From NCBI RefSeq assembly GCF_053078305.1, contig NZ_CP166879.1: a stretch of 64,000 nt of DNA. One strand, given 5' to 3'. Below, one piece after another: positions 10,696 to 20,726 of the stretch (position 1 is its first letter; the number at the start of each line of letters is the position of its first letter). A program made the position numbers and the translations under genes. The notes below the pieces were generated by a model. That model had not been told where the DNA came from. It searched no databases and saw nothing but the letters and a program-made list of their open reading frames with translations.

Positions 10696-12362
10696 ACTTT
10701 TCTCCCTGCGTGTTGATACCCTGCTACAACCACGGCGCGATGATGCCGGGCGTGCTGGCGCGTCTTAAGCCATTTAATCTGCCCTGTATTGTGGTGGATG
10801 ACGGCAGCGATGCCACCACACAACAGCAACTGGACAGTCTGCTTGCCGAACAGCCTGGCGTGACCTTAATTCGCCTGGCAGAAAACGCAGGCAAAGGCGC
10901 GGCGGTGATGCGTGGCTTACAGGCAGCGGCAGACGCAGGGTTCAGCCATGCGGTGCAGGTGGATGCTGACGGTCAGCACGCGATTGAAGATATCCCTAAA
11001 CTGCTGGCACTCGCTGAACAACAACCTGCGGCACTGATCTCCGGCCAGCCAATTTACGATGACTCCATCCCCCGCTCACGGCTTTACGGGCGCTGGGTCA
11101 CCCACGTTTGGGTATGGATCGAAACGCTCTCCCTGCAACTGAAAGACAGCATGTGCGGCTTTCGCGTTTATCCGGTTGCGCCAACGCTGCAACTGGCAAA
11201 ACACGCCACCATCGGCAAGCGGATGGATTTCGACACTGAAGTGATGGTGCGCCTCTACTGGCAGGGAAACACCAGCTATTTCGTGCCGACCCGCGTCACC
11301 TATCCACTGGACGGGCTTTCGCATTTTGATGCCCTGAAAGATAACGTCCGCATCTCGCTCATGCACACGCGTCTGTTTTTCGGCATGTTACCGCGTATTC
11401 CTTCACTGCTGATGCGCCGCTCTTCCAGCCACTGGGCGCGGCAGAGTGAAGTGAAAGGATTATGGGGAATGCGCCTGATGCTGCTTGTCTGGCGTCTGCT
11501 GGGAAGAACGGCGTTTAGCGCGCTGCTTTACCCGGTGGTGGGCGTCTACTGGCTCACTGCTTCTCGTGCGCGCAAAGCGTCGCAAGACTGGCTCGCCCGT
11601 GTACGACAGCATCAACCACAGGCGGCAAAACTCAACAGCTATCAGCACTTTCTGCGTTTCGGTAATGCCATGCTCGACAAAATCGCCAGCTGGCGCGGCG
11701 AGCTACAACTGGGGCGTGATGTGCTGTTTGCGCCAGGCGCAGAAGCGGCGCTTGACGTCCGCGATCCGCGCGGCAAATTGCTGCTGGCCTCGCATCTTGG
11801 CGATGTGGAAGTGTGCCGGGCGCTGGCAAAAATTCAGGGCTACAAAACCATTAACGCGCTGGTGTTTAGCGAAAACGCCCAACGCTTTAAACAGATAATG
11901 CAGGAGATGGCTCCTCAGGCAGGCATTAACCTGATGCCGGTAACAGATATCGGCCCAGAAACCGCCATCCTGCTGAAAGAGAAGCTGAATAACGGCGAAT
12001 GGGTGGCGATTGTCGGTGACCGCATCGCCGTCACCCCGCAACGCGGCGGCGACTGGCGCGTCTGCTGGAGTCCGTTTATGGGCCAGCCTGCGCCCTTCCC
12101 ACAGGGGCCGTTTATTCTCGCCTCTATTTTGCGCTGCCCAGTGAATCTGATTTTCGCCCTACGCCAGCACGGCAAGCTGCATATTCACTGCGAAACCTTT
12201 GCCGACCCGCTGCTGTTGCCGCGTGGCGAACGCCAACAGGCGCTGCAAAACGCTATCGACCACTACGCCGCGCGTCTGGAACATTACGCGCTCCAGTCGC
12301 CCCTCGACTGGTTTAATTTTTTCGATTTCTGGCAACTGCCGGAAATTCAGGACAAGGAGTAA
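10686..12362 (+). CDS. apeJ: bifunctional glycosyltransferase family 2 / lipid-A-type acyltransferase-like protein
   Basis: 558 aa. N-terminal GT2 motifs (LIPCYNHG, VVDDGSDA, QVDADGQH). The C-terminal half resembles LpxL/HtrB-type acyltransferases. Start overlaps the apeI end. Confidence 0.8.
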   Translation: MSVNFSPCVLIPCYNHGAMMPGVLARLKPFNLPCIVVDDGSDATTQQQLDSLLAEQPGVTLIRLAENAGKGAAVMRGLQAAADAGFSHAVQVDADGQHAIEDIPKLLALAEQQPAALISGQPIYDDSIPRSRLYGRWVTHVWVWIETLSLQLKDSMCGFRVYPVAPTLQLAKHATIGKRMDFDTEVMVRLYWQGNTSYFVPTRVTYPLDGLSHFDALKDNVRISLMHTRLFFGMLPRIPSLLMRRSSSHWARQSEVKGLWGMRLMLLVWRLLGRTAFSALLYPVVGVYWLTASRARKASQDWLARVRQHQPQAAKLNSYQHFLRFGNAMLDKIASWRGELQLGRDVLFAPGAEAALDVRDPRGKLLLASHLGDVEVCRALAKIQGYKTINALVFSENAQRFKQIMQEMAPQAGINLMPVTDIGPETAILLKEKLNNGEWVAIVGDRIAVTPQRGGDWRVCWSPFMGQPAPFPQGPFILASILRCPVNLIFALRQHGKLHIHCETFADPLLLPRGERQQALQNAIDHYAARLEHYALQSPLDWFNFFDFWQLPEIQDKE

Positions 12363-12365
12363 AGG

Positions 12366-12788
12366 GTGCTTAACGATCCCCGATTTACCGCTGAAGTCGA
12401 GCTGACCATTCCCTTTCACGACGTCGATATGATGGGCGTGGCCTGGCACGGTAACTATTTTCGCTACTTTGAAGTGGCCCGCGAGGCGCTGCTCAACCAG
12501 TTCAATTACGGCTATCGGCAGATGAAAGAGTCCGGTTATTTGTGGCCAGTGGTCGATGCGCGGGTGAAATATCGCCACGCCCTCACCTTTGAGCAACGCA
12601 TCCGCGTGCGTGCGCATATCGAAGAGTTCGAAAACCGTCTGCGGATTGGCTATCAGATTTTCGATGCCGAAACGGGCAAACGCGCCACCACCGGATACAC
12701 CATTCAGGTCGCGGTCGACGAGCAAAGCCGCGAACTGTGCTTTGTCAGCCCCGATATTCTGTTTGAACGCATGGGAGTCAAATCATGA
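12366..12788 (+). CDS. apeK: 4HBT/YbgC-type acyl-(ACP/CoA) thioesterase
   Basis: GTG start; 140 aa hot-dog thioesterase pattern IPFHDVDMMGVAWHGNYFRYFE. Confidence 0.8.
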   Translation: MLNDPRFTAEVELTIPFHDVDMMGVAWHGNYFRYFEVAREALLNQFNYGYRQMKESGYLWPVVDARVKYRHALTFEQRIRVRAHIEEFENRLRIGYQIFDAETGKRATTGYTIQVAVDEQSRELCFVSPDILFERMGVKS

Positions 12789-13390
12789 AATTTTTACCGC
12801 TGCTGGCGCTGCTGATTAGCCCGTTTGTGAGCGCCCTGAGCCTGGACGATCTTCAGCAACGCTTTACCGAACAGCCGGTGATCCGCGCCCATTTCGATCA
12901 AACCCGGACGATTAAAGATCTGCCGCAGCCGCTGCGATCTCAGGGCCAGATGTTGATCGCCCGCGACCAGGGGCTGTTGTGGGATCAAACCTCACCGTTC
13001 CCCATGCAACTATTACTGGACGATAAACGCATGGTGCAGGTGATCAACGGTCAGCCGCCGCAAATCATCACGGCAGAAAACAACCCGCAGATGTTCCAGT
13101 TTAACCACCTGCTGCGCGCGCTGTTCCAGGCCGATCGCAAAGTGCTGGAACAAAACTTCCGCGTCGAATTTGCTGACAAAGGCGAAGGCCGCTGGACGCT
13201 GCGCCTGACGCCGACCACCACGCCGCTGGATAAAATTTTCAACACCATCGATCTCGCCGGGAAAACCTATCTGGAGAGCATTCAACTTAATGATAAACAG
13301 GGCGATCGCACCGATATTGCTCTTACCCAACATCAACTGACGCCAGCGCAACTGACCGATGACGAACGCCAACGTTTTGCCGCCCAGTAA
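12785..13390 (+). CDS. apeL: LolA-like periplasmic lipid/lipoprotein carrier
   Basis: ATGA overlap with apeK. Cleavable signal peptide (LLALLISPFVSA); 201 aa. Position matches ApeL. Confidence 0.7.
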   Translation: MKFLPLLALLISPFVSALSLDDLQQRFTEQPVIRAHFDQTRTIKDLPQPLRSQGQMLIARDQGLLWDQTSPFPMQLLLDDKRMVQVINGQPPQIITAENNPQMFQFNHLLRALFQADRKVLEQNFRVEFADKGEGRWTLRLTPTTTPLDKIFNTIDLAGKTYLESIQLNDKQGDRTDIALTQHQLTPAQLTDDERQRFAAQ

Positions 13391-15677
13391 ACGCCCCGCG
13401 CTGTTATGGGGGCTAGTCTGCCTGGTCATGGCGGCGGCGTTGCTGATCCTGCTGCCGCAATCACGGCTGAACAGTAGCGTGCTGGCTATGTTACCCAAAC
13501 AGGCGATGGGCGATATTCCCCCAGCGCTGAATGACGGCTTTATGCAGCGTCTGGACCGCCAACTGGTGTGGCTGGTCAGCCCCGGTAAAGAGGCTAATCC
13601 CAGGGTCGCTCAGGAGTGGCTGACGCTGCTGCAAAAATCCGCTGCGCTCGGCGACGTTAAAGGACCAATGGATGCCGCCAGCCAGCAAGCGTGGGGAGCG
13701 TTTTTCTGGCAGCACCGCAACGGCCTGATTGACCCCGACACCCGCGCCCGCCTGCAAAACGGTGGCGAAGCGCAGGCGCAGTGGATCCTCTCCCAGCTTT
13801 ATTCCGCATTCTCCGGGGTAAGCGGCAAGGAGCTGCAAAACGATCCGCTGATGTTAATGCGCGGCTCGCAGCTGGCGATGGCGAAAAACGGCCAGCGTTT
13901 GCGGCTGATGGACGGCTGGCTGGTGACGCAGGATCCCCAGGGCAACTACTGGTATCTGCTGCACGGTGAACTGGCGGGATCGTCGTTTGATATGCAGCAA
14001 ACCCACCAGCTCATCACGACCCTGAATACGCTGGAAAAGGATCTGAAAACGCGTTACCCACAGGCGCAGTTGCTCTCGCGCGGCACGGTATTTTACAGCG
14101 ATTACGCCAGTCAACAGGCGAAGCAGGATATCTCAACCCTGGGCGTGGCAACGCTGCTGGGGGTGATATTGCTGATTGTGGCGGTGTTCCGCTCTTTACG
14201 CCCGTTGCTACTTTGCGTGATTTCCATCGGCATCGGCGCACTGGCAGGAACGGTCGCCACATTGTTGATTTTCGGCGAATTACACCTGATGACGCTGGTG
14301 ATGAGCATGAGCGTTATTGGCATTTCCGCTGACTACACGCTCTATTACCTCACCGAACGAATGGTGCACGGCAACGACGTTTCACCGTGGCAAAGCCTGG
14401 CGAAAGTGCGCAATGCCCTGCTGCTGGCGCTGCTCACCACCGTGGCGGCGTATCTGATTATGATGCTCGCCCCCTTCCCCGGCATTCGCCAGATGGCGAT
14501 TTTTGCCGCCGTCGGGTTGAGCGCCTCCTGTCTGACCGTCCTGTTCTGGCATCCGTGGCTGTGCCGTGGCCTGCCGGTGCGTCCGGTTCCGGCGATGGCG
14601 CTGATGCTACGCTGGCTGGCAGCGTGGCGGCGCAATAAAAAACTGTCGCGGGGTCTGCCCGTCGTGCTGGCGCTGTTTTCGCTGGCGGGGATGTCAATGC
14701 TGCGCGTCGATGACGATATCTCGCAGTTACAGGCGCTACCGCAGCATATTCTGGCCCAGGAGAAAGCCATCACCGCTCTGACCGGGCAGAGCGTCGATCA
14801 AAAATGGTTCGTGGTTTACGGCGACTCCCCACAGCAAACATTGCGGCGACTGGAGAAATTTACCACCTCGCTGGAGAATGCGAAAAAAGAGGGGCTTATC
14901 AGCAACTACCGCACCATTCCGCTGAACTCCCTGGCGCGGCAGGAGGAAGATTTACATCTGCTGACAACAGCGGCCCCGACAGTAACAAAAGCACTGCAAA
15001 ATGCCGGGCTGACAACAGTGAACCCGGATCTCAACGCCATGCCAGTGAACGTTGATGAATGGCTGGCAAGCCCCGCCAGTGAAGGCTGGCGTCTGCTGTG
15101 GCTGACGCTGGAAAATGGCGCAAGCAGCGTGCTGGTGCCGGTTGAAGGGGTTAAAAATAGCGCGGCGCTACAGGAAATCTCCAGCTATTACCCTTGTGGC
15201 ATTGCCTGGGTTGATCGCAAAAACACCTTTGATGAATTGTTCGCACTTTACCGTTATGTGTTAACCGGCTTGTTGCTGGTGGCGTTGGCAGTAATTGCCT
15301 GCGGCGCAGTGGCCCGCCTCGGCTGGCGAAAAGGGTTTATCAGCCTTGTACCTTCGGTGCTTTCGCTGGGTTGTGGTCTGGCGGTGCTGGCGATGAGCGG
15401 GCAGGCGGTGAATCTCTTTTCGCTGCTGGCGCTGGTGCTGGTGCTTGGCATCGGCATCAACTACACGCTGTTTTTCAGTAATCCGCGCGGCACACCATTA
15501 ACTTCGCTACTGGCGATCACGCTGGCAATGCTCACCACCTTGCTGACGCTGGGAATGCTGGTATTCAGCGCCACCCAGGCCATCAGCAGTTTTGGCATTG
15601 TGCTGGTGAGCGGTATTTTCACCGCCTTCCTGCTTTCGCCGCTGGCGATGCCCGATAAAAAGAGAACAAAAAAATGA
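13359..15677 (+). CDS. apeM: MMPL/RND-type membrane exporter
   Basis: 772 aa with two blocks of ~6 hydrophobic helices separated by large soluble regions. Position matches ApeM. Confidence 0.8.
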   Translation: MTNANVLPPSKRPALLWGLVCLVMAAALLILLPQSRLNSSVLAMLPKQAMGDIPPALNDGFMQRLDRQLVWLVSPGKEANPRVAQEWLTLLQKSAALGDVKGPMDAASQQAWGAFFWQHRNGLIDPDTRARLQNGGEAQAQWILSQLYSAFSGVSGKELQNDPLMLMRGSQLAMAKNGQRLRLMDGWLVTQDPQGNYWYLLHGELAGSSFDMQQTHQLITTLNTLEKDLKTRYPQAQLLSRGTVFYSDYASQQAKQDISTLGVATLLGVILLIVAVFRSLRPLLLCVISIGIGALAGTVATLLIFGELHLMTLVMSMSVIGISADYTLYYLTERMVHGNDVSPWQSLAKVRNALLLALLTTVAAYLIMMLAPFPGIRQMAIFAAVGLSASCLTVLFWHPWLCRGLPVRPVPAMALMLRWLAAWRRNKKLSRGLPVVLALFSLAGMSMLRVDDDISQLQALPQHILAQEKAITALTGQSVDQKWFVVYGDSPQQTLRRLEKFTTSLENAKKEGLISNYRTIPLNSLARQEEDLHLLTTAAPTVTKALQNAGLTTVNPDLNAMPVNVDEWLASPASEGWRLLWLTLENGASSVLVPVEGVKNSAALQEISSYYPCGIAWVDRKNTFDELFALYRYVLTGLLLVALAVIACGAVARLGWRKGFISLVPSVLSLGCGLAVLAMSGQAVNLFSLLALVLVLGIGINYTLFFSNPRGTPLTSLLAITLAMLTTLLTLGMLVFSATQAISSFGIVLVSGIFTAFLLSPLAMPDKKRTKK

Positions 15678-16258
15678 TCAAACCTACCTTCTGGCGAGCG
15701 CTCGCCCTGACCGCTACGCTTATCCTCACCGGCTGTAGCCACTCGCAACCGGAACAGGAAGGCCGCCCGCAGGCGTGGCTGCAACCTGGCACGCGCATCA
15801 CGCTGCCGGCACCAGGGATTTCACCCGCCGTCAATTCCCAGCAACTGTTGACCGGCAGCTTCAACGGCAAAACCCAGTCGCTGTTAGTGATGCTTAACGC
15901 CGACGACCAGAAAATCACCCTTGCCGGGCTGTCGTCGGTCGGCATTCGCCTGTTTCTGGTGACCTACGATGCAAAAGGGCTACGCGCCGAGCAATCCATC
16001 GTCGTCCCACAGTTGCCGCCCGCAAGTCAGGTTCTGGCTGACGTAATGCTCAGCCACTGGCCGATTAGCGCCTGGCAACCGCAACTTCCCGCTGGCTGGA
16101 CACTTCGCGACAACGGTGACAAACGCGAACTGCGTAACGCCAGCGGCAAACTGGTCACGGAAATCACCTATCTGAATCGCCAGGGAAAACGCGTGCCAAT
16201 CAGCATTGAGCAGCATGTCTTTAAATACCACATCACCATTCAATACTTAGGTGACTGA
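15674..16258 (+). CDS. apeN: DUF3261-like lipoprotein
   Basis: ATGA overlap with apeM; lipobox LTGCSH; 194 aa. Confidence 0.7.
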   Translation: MIKPTFWRALALTATLILTGCSHSQPEQEGRPQAWLQPGTRITLPAPGISPAVNSQQLLTGSFNGKTQSLLVMLNADDQKITLAGLSSVGIRLFLVTYDAKGLRAEQSIVVPQLPPASQVLADVMLSHWPISAWQPQLPAGWTLRDNGDKRELRNASGKLVTEITYLNRQGKRVPISIEQHVFKYHITIQYLGD

Positions 16259-16259
16259 T

Positions 16260-17429
16260 ATGATTTATATTTCCGCCGTCGGCATGATCAACGCCCTGGG
16301 AAATAACCTTGACGAAATCGCAGCCAACCTAGCTCGCGGTGTCGCCCCCGGAATGCGCCCACGCGCAGGCTGGTTGCAGGGGCATCCGCAGGCGGTCCTG
16401 GCTGGCGTGGATGGCGAGCTTCCGCTTATCCCGGAAAAATTCGCTGCGCATCGCTCGCGCAACAATCAGATCCTGCTGGCGGCGCTGGCGCAGCTCCAGC
16501 CGCAGGTTGATGACGCTATAGCGAAATATGGTCGCGAGCGCATCGCGATTGTACTTGGCACCAGCACCTCCGGCCTGCATGAAGGCGACACGCACGTTAA
16601 CCTACGCACCCACGGGCAGCCGAGCACCACATGGCACTACGCGCAACAGGAACTCGGCGATCCGTCGCGTTTTCTCAGCCACTGGCTGGCGCTCGACGGC
16701 CCGGCCTATACCCTTTCAACCGCCTGCTCTTCCAGCGCCAGAGCGATAATCAGCGGGCGCAGGCTTATCGAAGCGGGGCTGGTCGATGCCGCCATTGTGG
16801 GTGGTGCAGACACCCTGAGCCGGATGCCGATTAACGGTTTTCACAGCCTCGAATCGCTGTCGCCAACCTTATGTCAGCCGTTTGGTCGTGACCGCGCAGG
16901 TATCACCATTGGTGAAGGGGCGGGGCTAATGCTGCTGACCCGGGAACCGCAGCCCATCGCGTTGCTGGGCGTTGGTGAATCGAGCGACGCTTACCATATT
17001 TCAGCCCCGCATCCGCAGGGCGAAGGAGCGATCCGCGCTATTAATCAGGCGCTGACCGATGCGCAGCTTACGCCGGATGACGTCGGCTATATCAACCTGC
17101 ACGGCACCGCCACACAGCTCAACGACCAGATTGAATCAATGGTGGTTAACGCCCTGTTTGGCGAACGCGTACCGTGCAGCTCCACCAAACATTTGACCGG
17201 ACACACGCTGGGCGCAGCGGGCATTACCGAGGCGGCAATTAGTATGTTGATTTTACAGCGTGATTTACCGCTGCCCGCTCAGGACTTCAGCCTGTCGCCG
17301 CGCGATCCCACGCTGCCACCGTGTGGCATTATCGAAAAACCGCAGCCGCTGGCACGTCCGGTGATCCTGTCCAATTCCTTCGCCTTTGGCGGCAATAACG
17401 CCAGCATTCTGCTCGGGAGGGTTTCGTGA
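16260..17429 (+). CDS. apeO: beta-ketoacyl-ACP synthase (elongating KS)
   Basis: ATG 16260 (GTG 16251 also possible). KS motifs TACSSS (active Cys), HGTATQLND, GHTLGAAG. Confidence 0.85.
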   Translation: MIYISAVGMINALGNNLDEIAANLARGVAPGMRPRAGWLQGHPQAVLAGVDGELPLIPEKFAAHRSRNNQILLAALAQLQPQVDDAIAKYGRERIAIVLGTSTSGLHEGDTHVNLRTHGQPSTTWHYAQQELGDPSRFLSHWLALDGPAYTLSTACSSSARAIISGRRLIEAGLVDAAIVGGADTLSRMPINGFHSLESLSPTLCQPFGRDRAGITIGEGAGLMLLTREPQPIALLGVGESSDAYHISAPHPQGEGAIRAINQALTDAQLTPDDVGYINLHGTATQLNDQIESMVVNALFGERVPCSSTKHLTGHTLGAAGITEAAISMLILQRDLPLPAQDFSLSPRDPTLPPCGIIEKPQPLARPVILSNSFAFGGNNASILLGRVS

Positions 17430-17890
17430 GCCACTATTTATCCCCCGGCGCTTATCTGCCCCACGACGCGCCCATGTTACTGCTGGAAGACGTGGTGAGC
17501 GTCAGCGATGACAGCGCGGTGTGCCGCGTGACGGTTTCGCCCAGTGGCGTACTGGCACCGTTTCTCGACCCGGACGGCAATCTCCCTGGCTGGTTTGCCC
17601 TTGAACTGATGGCGCAAACCGTCGGCGTCTGGTCTGGCTGGCATCGCCACCAGCAGGGCAAAAACAGTATTGAGTTAGGGATGATACTGGGCGCGCGTGA
17701 ATTGCTTTGCGCCGCTGGCATTCTGCCCGCAGGCCAGACGCTGACCATTACCGTCAAACTGCTGATGCAGGACGATCGCTTCGGCAGTTTTGAGTGCAGC
17801 ATCAACGACGGCGAGGCGACGGGCCGCATTAACACCTTCCAGCCGACCGCGGAAGAACTTACCACCCTGTTTCAACAAGGAGCGTCCTGA
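17426..17890 (+). CDS. apeP: FabA/FabZ-like hot-dog dehydratase
   Basis: GTG 17426 overlaps the apeO stop; 154 aa. Position matches ApeP. Confidence 0.7.
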   Translation: MSHYLSPGAYLPHDAPMLLLEDVVSVSDDSAVCRVTVSPSGVLAPFLDPDGNLPGWFALELMAQTVGVWSGWHRHQQGKNSIELGMILGARELLCAAGILPAGQTLTITVKLLMQDDRFGSFECSINDGEATGRINTFQPTAEELTTLFQQGAS

Positions 17891-18621
17891 TGAGTCGTTC
17901 AGTTCTGGTTACTGGTGCCAGCAAAGGCATTGGTCGCGCCATCGCCTGCCAACTGGCGGCAGACGGCTTTAACATTGGCGTTCACTATCACCGTGACGCC
18001 ACAGGCGCTCAGGAAACGCTGAATGCCATTGTCGCCAACGGGGGTAACGGGCGTTTGCTCAGTTTCGACGTCGCAAACCGCGAACAGTGTCGGGAAGTGC
18101 TGGAGCATGAGATCGCGCAACACGGTGCCTGGTACGGCGTGGTCAGTAACGCCGGGATCGCCCGCGATGCCGCTTTTCCGGCTTTAAGCGATGACGACTG
18201 GGATGCGGTGATCCACACCAATCTCGACAGTTTCTACAACGTCATTCAGCCGTGCATTATGCCAATGATCGGCGCGCGCCAGGGTGGGCGCATCATCACG
18301 CTGTCCTCGGTTTCCGGCGTAATGGGCAATCGCGGCCAGGTGAATTACAGCGCTGCCAAAGCCGGAATTATCGGCGCAACAAAAGCGCTGGCTATCGAAC
18401 TCGCAAAGCGCAAAATCACCGTCAATTGCATCGCGCCAGGGCTTATTGATACCGGGATGATCGAAATGGAAGAGAGCGCTCTGAAAGAGGCAATGTCGAT
18501 GATCCCCATGAAACGTATGGGCCAGGCGGAAGAAGTTGCCGGGCTTGCCAGTTATTTAATGTCTGATATTGCGGGTTACGTCACCCGCCAGGTTATTTCC
18601 ATCAACGGAGGGATGTTATGA
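17890..18621 (+). CDS. apeQ: 3-oxoacyl-ACP reductase (FabG-type SDR)
   Basis: ATGA overlap. TGASKGIGRA cofactor motif, NYSAAK catalytic motif; 243 aa. Confidence 0.9.
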   Translation: MSRSVLVTGASKGIGRAIACQLAADGFNIGVHYHRDATGAQETLNAIVANGGNGRLLSFDVANREQCREVLEHEIAQHGAWYGVVSNAGIARDAAFPALSDDDWDAVIHTNLDSFYNVIQPCIMPMIGARQGGRIITLSSVSGVMGNRGQVNYSAAKAGIIGATKALAIELAKRKITVNCIAPGLIDTGMIEMEESALKEAMSMIPMKRMGQAEEVAGLASYLMSDIAGYVTRQVISINGGML

Positions 18622-19847
18622 CACGTCGCGTAGTGATTACAGGAATGGGTGGCGTGACTGCCTTTGGTGAAAACTGGCAGGACGTTTCTGCACGCTTACT
18701 GGCGTATGAAAATGCGGTGCGCAAAATGCCGGAGTGGCAGGTCTACGACGGGCTGCACACCCTGCTTGGCGCGCCTGTTGATGATTTCACGCTACCGGAG
18801 CACTACACCCGCAAGCGTATCCGTGCGATGGGCCGCGTGTCGCAAATGTCGACCCGTGCCAGCGAGCTGGCGTTAGAGCAGGCAGGGTTGATTGGCGATC
18901 CGATATTAACCAGCGGCGAAACGGGCATTGCGTACGGTTCATCGACCGGCAGTACCGGCCCGGTAAGCGAGTTCGCCACCATGCTGACGGAAAAGCACAC
19001 CAATAACATCACTGGCACCACCTATGTGCAGATGATGCCGCACACCACCGCCGTTAATACTGGCCTCTTTTTCGGCCTGCGCGGGCGGGTGATCCCAACC
19101 TCCAGCGCCTGTACTTCCGGCAGCCAGGCAATCGGTTATGCGTGGGAAGCCATTCGCCACGGTTATCAAACGGTGATGGTTGCTGGTGGTGCCGAAGAGT
19201 TATGTCCTTCAGAAGCAGCGGTATTTGATACGCTTTTCGCCACCAGCCAGCACAATGATGCGCCGAAAACCACACCTTCACCGTTCGATGAAAACCGCGA
19301 CGGGCTGGTGATTGGTGAAGGCGCAGGTACGCTCATTCTCGAAGAACTGGAGCACGCCAAAGCGCGCGGCGCGACCATTTACGGTGAAATCGTCGGCTTT
19401 GCGACTAACTGCGACGCGGCACATATTACCCAGCCGCAGCGCGAAACCATGCAGTATTGTATGGAGCAATCGCTGAAAATCGCCGGGTTAAGCGCACAAG
19501 ATATCGGCTATATTTCAGCGCATGGTACGGCGACCGATCGCGGTGATATGGCAGAAAGTCTGGCGACAGCAACCATTTACGGTGATAATGTGCCGCTCTC
19601 CTCGCTGAAAAGTTATTTTGGTCATACGCTTGGTGCCTGTGGCGCGCTCGAAGCCTGGATGAGTCTGCAAATGATGCGCGAAGGTTGGTTTGCGCCTACG
19701 CTAAACCTGAATAAACCAGACCCGAACTGTGGCGCGCTGGATTACATCATGCATGAAGCCCGAAAGGTTGATTGTGAGTTTTTGCAGAGTAACAACTTTG
19801 CCTTTGGCGGCATTAATACATCCATCATCATTAAGCGCTGGCCCTGA
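18618..19847 (+). CDS. apeR: beta-ketoacyl-ACP synthase (FabB/FabF-like)
   Basis: ATGA overlap. 409 aa with SSACTSG (Cys), HGTATDRGD, GHTLGACG. Confidence 0.9.
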   Translation: MTRRVVITGMGGVTAFGENWQDVSARLLAYENAVRKMPEWQVYDGLHTLLGAPVDDFTLPEHYTRKRIRAMGRVSQMSTRASELALEQAGLIGDPILTSGETGIAYGSSTGSTGPVSEFATMLTEKHTNNITGTTYVQMMPHTTAVNTGLFFGLRGRVIPTSSACTSGSQAIGYAWEAIRHGYQTVMVAGGAEELCPSEAAVFDTLFATSQHNDAPKTTPSPFDENRDGLVIGEGAGTLILEELEHAKARGATIYGEIVGFATNCDAAHITQPQRETMQYCMEQSLKIAGLSAQDIGYISAHGTATDRGDMAESLATATIYGDNVPLSSLKSYFGHTLGACGALEAWMSLQMMREGWFAPTLNLNKPDPNCGALDYIMHEARKVDCEFLQSNNFAFGGINTSIIIKRWP

Positions 19848-19855
19848 GTTATACA

Positions 19856-19878
19856 ACCACATGGACATCCCATGTGGT
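19856..19878 (+). terminator. hairpin after apeR (probable operon terminator)
   Basis: ACCACATGG-ACATC-CCATGTGGT: 9-bp perfect stem, 5-nt loop, 9 nt after the apeR stop. The trailing tract GATTCTTC is only moderately U-rich. Confidence 0.5.
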
Positions 19879-20157
19879 GATTCTTCAAAAAATCTGAATC
19901 AATGAATATGAACCTCATCCACATTCAACCATTCTTTTGTTTACCATCTGGTTGTCGCCCCCCCTCCAAAAAGCAAATTCTCTTACGCATACTGGAGAGT
20001 ATTCCGTATAAAGATTCAGCTGGCAAAACTTTATCAGTCTGTAAAAACTAACGGAAGAGTCGATATTTCTCCCGTCCATCACCGGATGATTGTTGCAATA
20101 ACCCATAGCATCAGAGACTGAACAGCAGTTTTTAAAGCAACGTATTGCTCTGATGTA

Positions 20158-20583
20158 TCAGGCTGGGCAACCCGAAAAAAAACTTTCCACCCGACATTGT
20201 CCGCTAGCACTTATCACCCGCCAGGTCTGTTGCAGTAAATCCACCAGTTGTGAACATGCTTCATCACCTGTCACACTGGCTCGCGGATGGCAAATGCTCG
20301 TCTGGCTGAGCAGCAACAGGCATCGTATTGTTGCTCCTCCATGTAGTTGTTCCCGCAACCAGCGTAATACCAGCGGCGATGATGGACTGGTCGTGTGATT
20401 ACGCTCAGTAATACGTTCATAAAAGGAAGTACAGAATGCATGAATCTGTTGCCCGTTGATATTTCCTTCTGCCGAATGGAGTGTGAAGTGGACTGCCAGC
20501 AGATGCGTCCAGTGGTCCACCGCCTGCTGAACAAAACGCCGGATGTCTCCCTGCTCTGAAAATAACGCTTCGGTTATTTGCAC
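20158..20583 (-). CDS. YagK/YfjJ (inovirus Gp2-like) family island protein, probably truncated
   Basis: 141-aa ORF. The pattern LLAVHFTLH...IHAFCTSFYERI...LVLRWLREQ...CLLLL resembles YagK/YfjJ proteins. Shorter than the intact paralogue at 27566-28159. Confidence 0.5.
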   Translation of the reverse strand: MQITEALFSEQGDIRRFVQQAVDHWTHLLAVHFTLHSAEGNINGQQIHAFCTSFYERITERNHTTSPSSPLVLRWLREQLHGGATIRCLLLLSQTSICHPRASVTGDEACSQLVDLLQQTWRVISASGQCRVESFFSGCPA

Positions 20584-20726
20584 GAAATACTACTCCTTCA
20601 GACTCTGTTAAGTTTTGTTTGTTAAATCGGTGCAGACCTGCAGGAAAGCACGCAAGCACCGGCACAGTACGATATAAACATCCGGTACCGGGGATACGAA
20701 TGGAATGACGAATACGCCAGAAAAGG

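Noticed and set aside
11076-15945. Many 60-190-aa minus-strand ORFs inside apeJ-apeN (e.g. 12159-12725, 13013-13498, 14345-14773)
   Set aside because: They are antisense shadows in GC-rich coding DNA. The plus-strand genes are continuous and have recognisable motifs.
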